Below are positions 10,793 through 21,256 of a stretch of DNA of 64,000 bases, piece after piece. A program made the position numbers and the translations under genes. Each line of letters starts with the position of its first letter. Position 1 is the first letter of the stretch. Origin of the DNA: Nitrospirota bacterium (lineage in GTDB: Bacteria > Nitrospirota > Thermodesulfovibrionia > UBA6902); contig JACQZE010000027.1 in the NCBI GenBank assembly GCA_016207885.1, forward strand, positions 11,944 to 75,943, given 5' to 3'. Below the pieces are notes generated by a model. The model worked only from the letters and a program-made list of their open reading frames with translations. It was not told the origin of the DNA and did no database searches.

Positions 10793-13700
10793 ATGAAATA
10801 CCGTCATTCCTGCAGTCTGTTGAGCGGGAATCCAGTAGCATCCTATCTTTTCACTTTAATTGTATTTGTGATCATTTCAACGCTTGTTCTGCCATATTAT
10901 GCCCACGCTGCAGGCGGAGACGTTATCTGGCAGTACGGGGATACGCCGCAGGCTGGGAAGCAGGAAGCCGGGGCGATGATAGTGGACTCAGCAGGCAACA
11001 CTATCATAACAGGGGCGTCGAATCAGTCGGGAAATGATGATTATTACACGGTAATGATCAAGGCTGACGGCACCGGAGTATTATGGAGCAAAGTATATGA
11101 CAAGGCATCCGGAGACGACCATGCTACTGCAATAACGGTTGATTCGGATAGCAACGTAATAGTGACAGGATATGTATGGAACGGGTCAAACTATGATTAT
11201 CACACTATCAAATACAAAGGCAGTGACGGCACAGTTTTGTGGCAGCACACGTTTAACGCGGCAGTAAACGGTAACGATTATGCGACATCGGTAACGGTGG
11301 ACAGCCTGAACAATGTCTATGTCGGCGGTAATTCTCAGGGAAGCAACGGGGCAGATAACTGCATGATAGTCAAATATGGCTCAGGCGGGCCCAATCCCGA
11401 CAGCACGCCGATATGGCAGAAGAGCTATAACGGTGCGGCAAACGGTCACGACCGAATCTCATCAATAGTTGCAGGGACAAACGGCATAGCAGTAACCGGA
11501 ACCTCCCAGAACAGTACGCTGGACTTTGACATACTGACGGTCAAATACGGATTTGACAGCACATTAACTTGGGAGAAGAGGAAATCCGTATCAGGAGATG
11601 ACAGGGGCGTTTCGGTGAGTATGGACAGTTTGGGCAATGTGATCATGACCGGTTATGTATACAATGGGGCGAACAAAGACATATACACGGCAAAATACAA
11701 TTCCTCCAATGGGAATATACTGTGGGAGACGACCTACAGCGGTGGGTATGATGAAGAGCCTGAGGACCTGTGGGTTGATTCTTCAGGCAATGCATACGTA
11801 GCGGGCAATACATTTACCATAGGAGGGACAAACGATATTTACACAGCAGGATATGCTTCAGGCGACGGCACACAGCTATGGGATGAAATTTTCAATTCCG
11901 ACAACAGCAACAGCGATAAGGCAGTATGCATATCAGGAGACAATGCCGGGAGCATATTTGTGACAGGTGACACTTATAATGAAGTCTCAGCCAATTATGA
12001 TTATCAGACACTAAAGTACACGGCCGGCGGCGGAACTCTCCTGTGGCAGAAGAGCTTTAATGGCACAGCTGACAAGAGCGACCGTGTAGCTGGCGTAGGG
12101 TTGACAGCGGCAGGAGCATCCATAGTCGGCGGCTGGACAGACAAGTGGACGAGCGGTGCTACGGACTATGACTATTACGCAATCAAATACGCCCCCGGGC
12201 TTATAAACCCGCCTACCGAAATGGCAGTGACAACTGTATCGAATTCAGAGATTGCCCTTGCATGGACTGACAACTCATCAAACGAGGACGGGTTCAAGAT
12301 AGAGCGGAAGATAGGAGAGTTGGGGACTTATTCACAGATAGCCACAGTAGGGGCAAGCGTTACGACATACAATAATACAGCCCTGACTGCAGATACGAAA
12401 TACTACTACAGGGTTAAGGCATACAATGCGGCCAATGGGGACTCACAGTACAGCAACGAAGATTACGCGGTAACAACGGTTTATTCGTACACCTATCCTG
12501 TCTGGAGTTACATATACAACGGGGCAGACAACGGCGACGATTTCATCAATGCAACGGCAGCCGGTTCTGACAACCACCCGGCAGTAACAGGATACAGTTA
12601 TTCAACTGCGGGGCAATTTGATTATTACACCGTAAAGCTCAACAGGCAGGACAATAGCCTGATATGGGATGTAAGGTATGACAGCGACCAGAACGATCTT
12701 GACGTGGCAAAAACGATTGCAGTGGATAACAATAACAATGTTATCGTATCGGGTTATTCATATCTTTACAGCGCGCAGTCTGGCGAAAACACCAATGATA
12801 TCTACACCATCAAATATCCGTCAACCGGCAGTCCTGAAGACTGGGCTGATCAATACAACGGCCCTGCCGGTGATGATGACCGATCAAGTGTGGTGGACGT
12901 ATCAACCGACGGGAATAATAATTATGCGGTAGTCGGGTACGGCAAGAACGCATCATCGAATGATGACATATATGTAATCAAATATCTTAACAACGGAACA
13001 CGCGCATGGGCGGCAGCCCCTTATGACGGAGGCGGCAATGACTATCCTTCTGCTGTTTCATTTGACTCAGCAGGCAATATATTCATGACCGGTTACAGAT
13101 TCAACGGTGCCAACTATGACTACTTTGCCGCGAAATACAACGGCAGCACTGGAACTATAATATGGTCGGATATATACAACGGGGCCGGGAATGGTAATGA
13201 CTTCACCCGTTCATTAGCGGTCGACTCATCAGGCAACTTCTATGTCACGGGTATTGCGGTAACTGGTTCCGGCAATGAAGATTTTGTAACCATCAAATAC
13301 AATGGAGCAACCGGTGAGCAAATGTGGGTACGCACAATGAACGGGCCTGCAAACGGTGTTGACGAGGCGATAAGCGTAAAGGTTGATCCTGTGAACGGTC
13401 AGGCAGCGGTAGCAGGAACAGTTCTTACCGCCACTGGCAATAACGACTTCCATATAATCAGGTACGACGCGGATGGCAACGTGTTCTGGGAGAGAACGGT
13501 TGACAGGCCGGCAAGCGATGATTTCGTGACAGCAGCGGCAATGGATCGTTCAGGCAATTTACATGTAACGGGCTATTCAAACAACGGGGCCAACACTGAC
13601 ATCCTCTCTGTTTGGTACAACACTGAAGGCGCATTCAACGGAGGCACGACATACAACGGAGCATCAAACGGAAACGATGAAGCGTCATCAATCGCAGTAA

Positions 13701-16700
13701 ACAACATGGGTGAACCCTTCATCGGTGGATATACGACAAATGCAGGCGGCAATGCAGATTATATAGTATTAAAAGTGACAGGCTATCAGCTGCAGCCGCC
13801 TGTGCCGCTTAACGCCGTGCCTTCATATACGACAGTTGACATCACATGGACTGACAACTCGCTTATTGAAGACGGCTATTATCTTGAGAGAAAGGTCGGG
13901 GGATGTGATTCAGAGAACCCGTGGGCGCTGATATATACTGCAGCCGCAAACGCCGTTTCATATTCCGATACGCTACTGAACACAGGCAGCCAGTACTGTT
14001 ACAGGGTGCAGGCGTACAGGAACAACGGGGAGTCATCAGTGTGGACAGAGAAGGCCACGACCACACTGACCCCTTCAGCGCCGGGCGGGCTTTCCGCAAC
14101 AGCGGTAAACTCCACGCAGATTGATCTTGCATGGACCGATAACACCAATGCAGAGGACGGTTTCAGGATAGAGAGGTGCAGCGGAGCAGGGTGCAGCAAT
14201 TTCATAGAACTGACTACGGTATCGGCAAACACCATAACATATCAGGACATTTCGGTATGCAAGGCAACTGCATACAGTTACCGGGTAGTTGCATACAAGA
14301 CAGGAGAGTGGGAAAGCGTATACAGCGGTACAGCATCAGCAACAACGGCAAATCCGTCAGCGCCCGGAAGCTTTGCGGCAATGAGGAATTCAGAGGTGCA
14401 GATCAACCTCTCATGGACTGACACAACATCCGATGAGACGGGCTTCAAAATAGACAGATGCACAGGGGCGGGATGTTCAGATTTTGCAGAGCTGACTTCT
14501 GTCGCAGCTGGCACGACGACCTATAACAACGCAGGACTTGATTATGGGACAACGTATACATACAGAGTCAGGGCATATAAGACAGCGGCATGCACATGGG
14601 AGACTACGAGCGGGACGGCTGCGGCAACGACAAGCATTTCAGCGCCGTCAGGCCTGACATCAAGCTCTCCAAACTCAACACAGATCAATCTGAACTGGAC
14701 GGACAACACTGCAAGCGAGACTGGTTTTAAGATCGAAAGATGTTCGGGAGCCGGATGCAGTGACTTTGTGGAGATAACAACTGTAGCAGCAGACACAGTT
14801 GCCTACCTGGACACAACAGTATGTGATTCGACGAGCTATAGTTACAGAGTGAGGGCGTACAAGACGAGTGAATGGGATTCAGGCTACAGCGGCACAATAT
14901 CAAGAGCAACCGGGACGCCTTCGGCTCCTGGCGGCCTTGGAACCTCCAGCGCGACAGAGGTAAAGCTGACTCTTGGATGGACAGATAACACTTCAGATGA
15001 GACCGGCTTCAGGATAGAACGTTGCACAGGGGCCGGATGCAGCGACTTTGCAGAGATTACCTCTGTTGCGGCAAACACTACAACATATAACAATACCGGA
15101 CTTGCTCCGTCAACGACATATAGTTACCGTATTAGAGCTTACAAAGACGCAACATGCAATGGCGGCTGGAATACGGCTTACAGCAGCACTGCCACGGGGA
15201 TCACAACAACTGTTCCGCCTCCAAGCGGATTGACTGCAACCGCAGCCAACACAACACAGGTGAATCTTGCATGGACTGACAACACAGGTTCAGAGACAGG
15301 ATTCAAGGTGGAAAAATGCACAGGCGCGGGATGCAGTGATTTTGCAGAGCTGGCAAAAACAGCCCAGAACACAGCCGCGTACTCTGACACATCTGCCTGC
15401 TCCGAAACTTCATACAGGTACAGAGTGAGGGCGATTAAAGAGCTGTTCACCAGTCCTGGCGGCAGTTGCTGGAGCAAGCGCGCCCCTATGACAATTACAA
15501 ACTTTCAGGCCGATTATCAGATACCAATCACAGTGACATATGACGCTGATATGCAGCCTGATTTTGACGACATACGCTTCTACGACGCGACTTCCTTTAC
15601 GGAGCTTCCTTACTGGATAGAAAGTAAGACAGACAGCGTGAACGCTACTGCCTGGATAAAGACCGGGGCCAATAACAACATCTATATGTACTACGGCAAT
15701 CCTAACGCTGCAAGCTCAAGCAACGGAAGCAATGTCTTTGAGTTCTTTGATAATTTTACAGGCTCGGTAATTGACACAAACAAGTGGGCCGAGATTGACC
15801 CGAACAATTCTATCTCACAGAACAACGACCTCATACTTAACGACGTGAGCGATGCATGGGACAAGGCGCTTATATCGAAACAGACCTTTGCCAGGGCTGC
15901 AACCAAAAAGATTTACGCAAAGCTTTATATACCGGTTGACACAGCGGGCAATAACCATTTCATGGTGGGATGGGAGTTGAATCAGACCTCTAACGCGAGC
16001 TACAACCAATTAGTGCATGGATTTTACTGGAATAATTATATGTTGAATACTTATGAGAAAGGCGGTCAAACCGGGCCGAATACACAGGCATATACGGCGA
16101 GTACGGAATATGAGATGAAAGTTGAACTCAAGGCAACCGGCGCCAAGTATTATATCAAAGGCGGGGCCTACGGCAGTTGGACGCTGGTGAAAGATACCTC
16201 GGCGTATTCGGATGCAACGCTGAGGATTGCCTTTACACAATATTCGCATCAGGCAAATATTCATTTCATCACAGTGCAGAAATATGCGGCGACTGATCCT
16301 TCATTATCCTTTGGCGCAGAGGAAGGCTCCGGCTGTTATGTGTTTGACAATACATGGGAGACTTTGCCGAGCAATGAAGCTGCGGTATCCACAGCCTCTG
16401 TCTCTGCCCCGGTGCTCTCAACAACAAGCGTGGGAGATGTATTTGTAAATCTCTCATGGACGGACACGACAACTGACGAGACAGGCTTTGTGCTTGAAAG
16501 ATGCGCCGGAGCAGGGTGCAGCGACTTTGCGCAGATTGCCGTGCCAGGCGCTGATGTAACTGTTTACAGCGATACTGGGCGGACTCTTGGCGAAACTTAC
16601 AGCTACCGCATTAAAGCATACAAGACGGCAACATGCGGCTGGGACACGGCATACAGCAACGTCAGAACAGAGACGACGATTGTTGTGCCTCCCTCAGGGC

Positions 16701-18118
16701 TGACGGCAACAACGGCAAGTACAACACAGTTAAACCTTGAATGGTCTGACAATACCGGCTCTGAGACAGGTTTTAAGGTGGAAAGATGCAGCGGCACGGG
16801 ATGCAGCGATTTTGCAGAGATAGCTTCTGTTGCGGCAAATACAGTTACATATCAGGACACCTCGGTGTGCAATACAACAAGCTACAGCTATAGGGTGAAG
16901 GCGTACAAGGCAGCCGCATGGGATTCAGGCTACAGCAGCACAGCGTCAGCCTCAACTTCTGTTCCCGGGGCTCCTGTGCTTTCAGCGGCACGGATATCCG
17001 AGACACAGATAAACCTTTCATGGACGGACAATACAGCCGATGAGACCGGCTTCAAGGTCGAAAAATGCGCAGGCTCAGGCTGCACTGACTTTGTGGAAAT
17101 AGCGTCTCTTGCCGCAAATGCAGTCACATATAACAACACAGGAATTAACCCTGCTACAACATATGTTTATCGTGTGAGTGCCTACAAGACAGCAGCGTGT
17201 TCATGGTCGGCTGCAAGCAATACGCCTTCTGCGACAACGAGTATCTCTGCGCCTTCAGGCCTGACAGCTTCTGCAGTAAATTCAACACAGGCAAATCTCG
17301 GGTGGACTGACAATACGGCAAGCGAAACAGGATTTAAAATAGAAAGATGCAGCGGCGCAGGCTGCTCTGACTTTACAGAGATAGCATCAGTTGCGGCAAA
17401 CGCAGTTGCATATCAGGACACATCCGTATGCAATTCAACGAACTACAGCTACAGGGTGAAGGCCTACAAGACAGGATTATGGGATTCGAGCTACAGCAGT
17501 TCCTCATCTGCGGCAACAGCAGCTATTGCCGCGCCGGGCAGCTTTGAGGCTGTAGCAGCCACTGATACAAGCGCAGGCCTGACGTGGGCTGATAACACAA
17601 CTGACGAGACAGGTTTCAGAATCGAAAGGTGCGAGGGCGCCGGGTGTGGCAGCTTTACTGAGATAACCACCGTAACCGTTAACACGACCTCCTACAGCGA
17701 TACAGGCCTGACGCCGTCAATGAACTATTGCTACCGTGTAAGCGCGTATAAGGCGGCAACATGCAGCTGGAATACGGCATACAGCAGTGAATCATGCGAT
17801 CTGACCTTCTCGGCAAAACCGACAAGCCTGACTGCGACAGCCCTTAATTCCATGAAGGTGAAATTGGACTGGGTTGACAACTCAGATGATGAAGACGGCT
17901 TTGAAGTGGAAGTAAAGATATGGAACGGCGTATTTGTAAATATCGCAATGCTTGCTCCCAATGTAATCACCTATACGGATAACAGGAGCATAGAACCCGA
18001 TAAATCATATACATTCAGGATAAGGGCCTACAGGGGCGAGGACAAGTCGTCTTACAGCAATGAGGCATCAGCAATAACCCCTGCATATCAGCAGGGAGAT
18101 GAGACGTGCAATGAATAA
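10793..18118 (+). CDS. Giant secreted protein: two beta-propeller repeat regions, 13 fibronectin type III domains, DUF2341-like insert
   Basis: GGAG before ATG 10793, signal peptide ending AHA-A; VDSxGNxYVTG...DYxTIKY repeats; WTDNxxxETGFxIER...YSYRVxAY repeats; DFDDIRF...ELPYWIE...IYMYYGN. Start uncertain (ORF track 10700). Confidence 0.85.
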   Translation: MKYRHSCSLLSGNPVASYLFTLIVFVIISTLVLPYYAHAAGGDVIWQYGDTPQAGKQEAGAMIVDSAGNTIITGASNQSGNDDYYTVMIKADGTGVLWSKVYDKASGDDHATAITVDSDSNVIVTGYVWNGSNYDYHTIKYKGSDGTVLWQHTFNAAVNGNDYATSVTVDSLNNVYVGGNSQGSNGADNCMIVKYGSGGPNPDSTPIWQKSYNGAANGHDRISSIVAGTNGIAVTGTSQNSTLDFDILTVKYGFDSTLTWEKRKSVSGDDRGVSVSMDSLGNVIMTGYVYNGANKDIYTAKYNSSNGNILWETTYSGGYDEEPEDLWVDSSGNAYVAGNTFTIGGTNDIYTAGYASGDGTQLWDEIFNSDNSNSDKAVCISGDNAGSIFVTGDTYNEVSANYDYQTLKYTAGGGTLLWQKSFNGTADKSDRVAGVGLTAAGASIVGGWTDKWTSGATDYDYYAIKYAPGLINPPTEMAVTTVSNSEIALAWTDNSSNEDGFKIERKIGELGTYSQIATVGASVTTYNNTALTADTKYYYRVKAYNAANGDSQYSNEDYAVTTVYSYTYPVWSYIYNGADNGDDFINATAAGSDNHPAVTGYSYSTAGQFDYYTVKLNRQDNSLIWDVRYDSDQNDLDVAKTIAVDNNNNVIVSGYSYLYSAQSGENTNDIYTIKYPSTGSPEDWADQYNGPAGDDDRSSVVDVSTDGNNNYAVVGYGKNASSNDDIYVIKYLNNGTRAWAAAPYDGGGNDYPSAVSFDSAGNIFMTGYRFNGANYDYFAAKYNGSTGTIIWSDIYNGAGNGNDFTRSLAVDSSGNFYVTGIAVTGSGNEDFVTIKYNGATGEQMWVRTMNGPANGVDEAISVKVDPVNGQAAVAGTVLTATGNNDFHIIRYDADGNVFWERTVDRPASDDFVTAAAMDRSGNLHVTGYSNNGANTDILSVWYNTEGAFNGGTTYNGASNGNDEASSIAVNNMGEPFIGGYTTNAGGNADYIVLKVTGYQLQPPVPLNAVPSYTTVDITWTDNSLIEDGYYLERKVGGCDSENPWALIYTAAANAVSYSDTLLNTGSQYCYRVQAYRNNGESSVWTEKATTTLTPSAPGGLSATAVNSTQIDLAWTDNTNAEDGFRIERCSGAGCSNFIELTTVSANTITYQDISVCKATAYSYRVVAYKTGEWESVYSGTASATTANPSAPGSFAAMRNSEVQINLSWTDTTSDETGFKIDRCTGAGCSDFAELTSVAAGTTTYNNAGLDYGTTYTYRVRAYKTAACTWETTSGTAAATTSISAPSGLTSSSPNSTQINLNWTDNTASETGFKIERCSGAGCSDFVEITTVAADTVAYLDTTVCDSTSYSYRVRAYKTSEWDSGYSGTISRATGTPSAPGGLGTSSATEVKLTLGWTDNTSDETGFRIERCTGAGCSDFAEITSVAANTTTYNNTGLAPSTTYSYRIRAYKDATCNGGWNTAYSSTATGITTTVPPPSGLTATAANTTQVNLAWTDNTGSETGFKVEKCTGAGCSDFAELAKTAQNTAAYSDTSACSETSYRYRVRAIKELFTSPGGSCWSKRAPMTITNFQADYQIPITVTYDADMQPDFDDIRFYDATSFTELPYWIESKTDSVNATAWIKTGANNNIYMYYGNPNAASSSNGSNVFEFFDNFTGSVIDTNKWAEIDPNNSISQNNDLILNDVSDAWDKALISKQTFARAATKKIYAKLYIPVDTAGNNHFMVGWELNQTSNASYNQLVHGFYWNNYMLNTYEKGGQTGPNTQAYTASTEYEMKVELKATGAKYYIKGGAYGSWTLVKDTSAYSDATLRIAFTQYSHQANIHFITVQKYAATDPSLSFGAEEGSGCYVFDNTWETLPSNEAAVSTASVSAPVLSTTSVGDVFVNLSWTDTTTDETGFVLERCAGAGCSDFAQIAVPGADVTVYSDTGRTLGETYSYRIKAYKTATCGWDTAYSNVRTETTIVVPPSGLTATTASTTQLNLEWSDNTGSETGFKVERCSGTGCSDFAEIASVAANTVTYQDTSVCNTTSYSYRVKAYKAAAWDSGYSSTASASTSVPGAPVLSAARISETQINLSWTDNTADETGFKVEKCAGSGCTDFVEIASLAANAVTYNNTGINPATTYVYRVSAYKTAACSWSAASNTPSATTSISAPSGLTASAVNSTQANLGWTDNTASETGFKIERCSGAGCSDFTEIASVAANAVAYQDTSVCNSTNYSYRVKAYKTGLWDSSYSSSSSAATAAIAAPGSFEAVAATDTSAGLTWADNTTDETGFRIERCEGAGCGSFTEITTVTVNTTSYSDTGLTPSMNYCYRVSAYKAATCSWNTAYSSESCDLTFSAKPTSLTATALNSMKVKLDWVDNSDDEDGFEVEVKIWNGVFVNIAMLAPNVITYTDNRSIEPDKSYTFRIRAYRGEDKSSYSNEASAITPAYQQGDETCNE

Positions 18119-18164
18119 ATCTGGAATTTCTGATAATTCTTGATCAAATAAAAGGAGGTGTGAA

Positions 18165-18227
18165 ATGAAAAAAATAAAATATATCGCGCCGAAGATTGTC
18201 GGCAGTGCGGTTGTTCATCCCTGCTAA
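18165..18227 (+). CDS. 20-aa peptide MKKIKYIAPKIVGSAVVHPC, putative RiPP precursor 1
   Basis: AAAGGAGGTG RBS at 18151-18160; ATG..TAA; paralog at 21257; YxxPxI motif. Confidence 0.8.
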   Translation: MKKIKYIAPKIVGSAVVHPC

Positions 18228-18248
18228 AGGTGAAGCTGGGTATTGAGA

Positions 18249-18296
18249 CAGGATATCTTCAGCTCTTCATGGAGATATCCTGATTTTTTCAGGATA
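18249..18296 (+). terminator. Hairpin plus T-run after peptide 1, with an overlapping alternative hairpin
   Basis: CAGGATATCT(18249-58)/AGATATCCTG(18273-82) followed by ATTTTTT; TATCCTGA(18276-83)/TCAGGATA(18289-96). Confidence 0.55.
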
Positions 18297-18297
18297 C

Positions 18298-20340
18298 ATG
18301 GTAAAATCTTTTGTGTTTATGAAACGTTTAATCCTATTAAACGCCTTTTTGATTCTAATTCTGGCGCCTCTGAAATCTTTCTCTGCTGTTATTGAAGGAG
18401 TTGTGCTTTTCGAAAACGGCCCTGTTGAAGACTCATGCGTATCTGCATACAGCAGCTTCAGGGATATTGAAAAGGGGACCCCGTCATTCGTCTCCGCTAC
18501 AGGAGAGAAAAAAGGATTCTACAAACTTGACCTGCCTCCGGGAACTTATTTCCTGATCGCATCCGGACAGTCTTATGGTAAAAAATATTTCTCCTATCAC
18601 GGCGCAAACCCGATCAAGATAGAGTACAAAAACCTGTGGATACCTTTTATGGCTGTTTCTGAAACAGCAGTGAGTTTGAAAGAATCATCTTCCACGAAGC
18701 TTTCAGGCAAAGTCCTCTTTAAAAACAACCCTGTCAAAAACGCACATGTGTCGATATATCCTCTGGCAGCGGGAAGTTTCAGGGGCATGGGCTTTCTTAC
18801 AAGCACAACTGATGACAACGGGATTTTCAGCATGGGCATTGAGCCCGGGGAATATGTTGTTATAGCGCGAAAGAGGACCGGCAACAGCGGTATGACGCCT
18901 CTCGAAAAAGGCGACCTCTTCTGCTATCCAGCAGCCAATCCAGTGAATATCGCGGAGTTGAAAGAAATACAGGTGGAGATCCCATGTTATCCTAAAGACG
19001 ACCTCAAGGCCTTTCTAAATGAGGATGCTTATCCGGCGCTTCTGGTAAAAAAATCTGACGTGAACAGTATGAGATTCAGAGAGAATACAATTAATGAGGC
19101 GCGGGATCTATTCAGGATAAAAGGAAGAGCAACTGACTTAATGGGTAATCCGGTGAAAGACCTCTACGTTATGGCTTACAAGGGAAAGCCTTCGGATATG
19201 TTTCAGATGCATTATGTCAGGACCATGCCGGATTATATGGTCAGGGCCGATGAGAAAGGGAATTACTCGATCGACGCGGCAGCAGGCGCATATTACCTTG
19301 TTGCCCGGCAGCTTGTCGGAGAGGCTCCGGTCAAAGGCGAGTACTATGGGCTTTATGAAGCTAACGCAAACCACCTGTTTATAATTAATGACAAATCGCA
19401 TGATGCTGTAAATATTTTTGTAAACAGGGTGATGGCGGAAGAACAGCAGAGGGATAAAAGCATAGATCCTGAATCCGTAATCCGCAATTATGAATACAAA
19501 GGGGATATTGTTATTGATAAAAATACGGAATGGAGTGGAAAGATAACAATCAATGGGATCATTCATGTAGCCCGCGGTGCCATACTGACCATTGATCCGG
19601 GAACGACTGTCAGATTTAAGAAAGTTGACCGGACAAGGGACGGAGTTGGAGACGCAATGATAAAAGTAAGCGGCAGGCTTGAGGCGCTGGGCTCTGCGAT
19701 AAGACCCATCAGATTTACTTCCGCTGAGACAACGCCGGATAAGGCAGACTGGTCTTACCTCCTGTTTTTTGTGTCAGGAGATGAGAGCATTATAAGCCAC
19801 TGTATATTTGAATATGCTTTTTCCGGTGTTCAGGCGCATTTCTCGAAAGTGGTAATTAAAGACTCAGTCTTCAGGGATAATTATGAAGGCATAAGGTTCG
19901 GCAGGGCTGATCTTCGCATTGACCATAATGACATTTTTGATAATACTTACGGCGTCAGGCATACAAGGGTTGAAGAGCCTGTCGAAATCACACACAACAA
20001 CATCAGAAATAACGGGGTCGGCATTTTCCTTGTGCCGTCGAATCAGAATATAGTGGATTTTTCAGACACATTCGACAAAAAGGACGCCATTGCACGCAAA
20101 CAGTTTATTGTCACTTACAATAATATTGCTTATAATACGGAATATAATTACAGAATGGGTGAAAGGCAGGGATATGATATTATGATTAAAGAAAATTGGT
20201 GGGGCATGGAGCAGGAAAAGCAGATAATTGATACCATATTTGATGAGAATGAGGACAGCTCTTTGGGAAGTGTAATTTATAAACCATATCTTGTTTCTCC
20301 TGCAAAAGACGCAGGCGCGATAAGGGGGGGAGTATTATGA
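18298..20340 (+). CDS. Secreted protein with carboxypeptidase-regulatory-like (Ig/transthyretin) domains and a C-terminal beta-helix
   Basis: Signal peptide; TDxxGxFxxxxxPGxYxVxAR repeats; LTIDPGTTVRF...PIRFTS...NWWG beta-helix motifs. Start may be 18319. Confidence 0.75.
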   Translation: MVKSFVFMKRLILLNAFLILILAPLKSFSAVIEGVVLFENGPVEDSCVSAYSSFRDIEKGTPSFVSATGEKKGFYKLDLPPGTYFLIASGQSYGKKYFSYHGANPIKIEYKNLWIPFMAVSETAVSLKESSSTKLSGKVLFKNNPVKNAHVSIYPLAAGSFRGMGFLTSTTDDNGIFSMGIEPGEYVVIARKRTGNSGMTPLEKGDLFCYPAANPVNIAELKEIQVEIPCYPKDDLKAFLNEDAYPALLVKKSDVNSMRFRENTINEARDLFRIKGRATDLMGNPVKDLYVMAYKGKPSDMFQMHYVRTMPDYMVRADEKGNYSIDAAAGAYYLVARQLVGEAPVKGEYYGLYEANANHLFIINDKSHDAVNIFVNRVMAEEQQRDKSIDPESVIRNYEYKGDIVIDKNTEWSGKITINGIIHVARGAILTIDPGTTVRFKKVDRTRDGVGDAMIKVSGRLEALGSAIRPIRFTSAETTPDKADWSYLLFFVSGDESIISHCIFEYAFSGVQAHFSKVVIKDSVFRDNYEGIRFGRADLRIDHNDIFDNTYGVRHTRVEEPVEITHNNIRNNGVGIFLVPSNQNIVDFSDTFDKKDAIARKQFIVTYNNIAYNTEYNYRMGERQGYDIMIKENWWGMEQEKQIIDTIFDENEDSSLGSVIYKPYLVSPAKDAGAIRGGVL

Positions 20341-21203
20341 TTAAAAAAGCCGCGTTACTTTTTGTTCTGATTCTAATGTTATCAGTAACTGTAATCCATG
20401 CGGAAATTGAGACAGGCTGGATATCGGGCCGGATAATGATCAAGGACAACGGGCCATTAGCTGATGCCATGATAGTTTTCTTTGATACTCAATCAGGGCC
20501 TCCTCCATCTATCGATAAATACTTCAGGGTTCCGGACGGAATTGACGAAGTTGATGCTGAAGGCGGGTTTCGCGTATCGCTTCCTGTCGGCAAGTATTAC
20601 ATCGGAGCGATTAAAAGGGTATCTGCCGAAAAAGCCGGTCCGCCCCTGGATGGTGATTATTTCTTTATCAGTGAAGATAAAGATGGCAAACCTATACAGC
20701 ACATTATTGAGAACGGTAAGGAAGTGAAGCTTGGCACTCTCACAGATGCTGTCCCTTTTAAACGTTCGCTCCCTGAAGGAGTCACAGGGATATCAGGCAC
20801 TATCCTCGATATGGCAGATATCCCTGTTGAAGGGGCAATATTATTTGCATACTATACTGAGACACTAACTGGGATTCCGACCTTTACTTCCTATAAAACC
20901 GGAAAGGATGGCAAATATATTATCACAGTAGACACTGGAGGAGTTTATTACTTAAGGGTAAGAGACGTGTACGGAGGCGGTCCGCCTGTCCCAGGGGCTA
21001 TCATGGGAGGTTACGGGGAAGAAAAGCCTACAGCGATAGTCGCTAAAACAGGCGAGATATCTGGCGGCGTAGATATAAAAGTGATAAGGCATCTTGAAAT
21101 GGGGCCCAAACATCAGCCGGATGCAACGAACGAGAATTTCATGGAAGAGCAAATGAGAAAAATTAAACAGGAAATGGAGAATACGATTGAAAAGAAGCAA
21201 TAG
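20337..21203 (+). CDS. Secreted carboxypeptidase-regulatory-like domain protein
   Basis: Signal peptide; two ISGxI...GxYY domains. Confidence 0.7.
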   Translation: MIKKAALLFVLILMLSVTVIHAEIETGWISGRIMIKDNGPLADAMIVFFDTQSGPPPSIDKYFRVPDGIDEVDAEGGFRVSLPVGKYYIGAIKRVSAEKAGPPLDGDYFFISEDKDGKPIQHIIENGKEVKLGTLTDAVPFKRSLPEGVTGISGTILDMADIPVEGAILFAYYTETLTGIPTFTSYKTGKDGKYIITVDTGGVYYLRVRDVYGGGPPVPGAIMGGYGEEKPTAIVAKTGEISGGVDIKVIRHLEMGPKHQPDATNENFMEEQMRKIKQEMENTIEKKQ

Positions 21204-21256
21204 CAGATCATCAAGCCTGCTATTATACTGCGTCACGGCGTGGAAGGAGGTATAGC

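Noticed and set aside
12200..18100. Recurring DNA repeats (tggactgacaac..., gagacaggcttc...) as a CRISPR array
   Set aside because: They are degenerate, codon-phased FN3 coding repeats about 290 bp apart, and there are no cas genes
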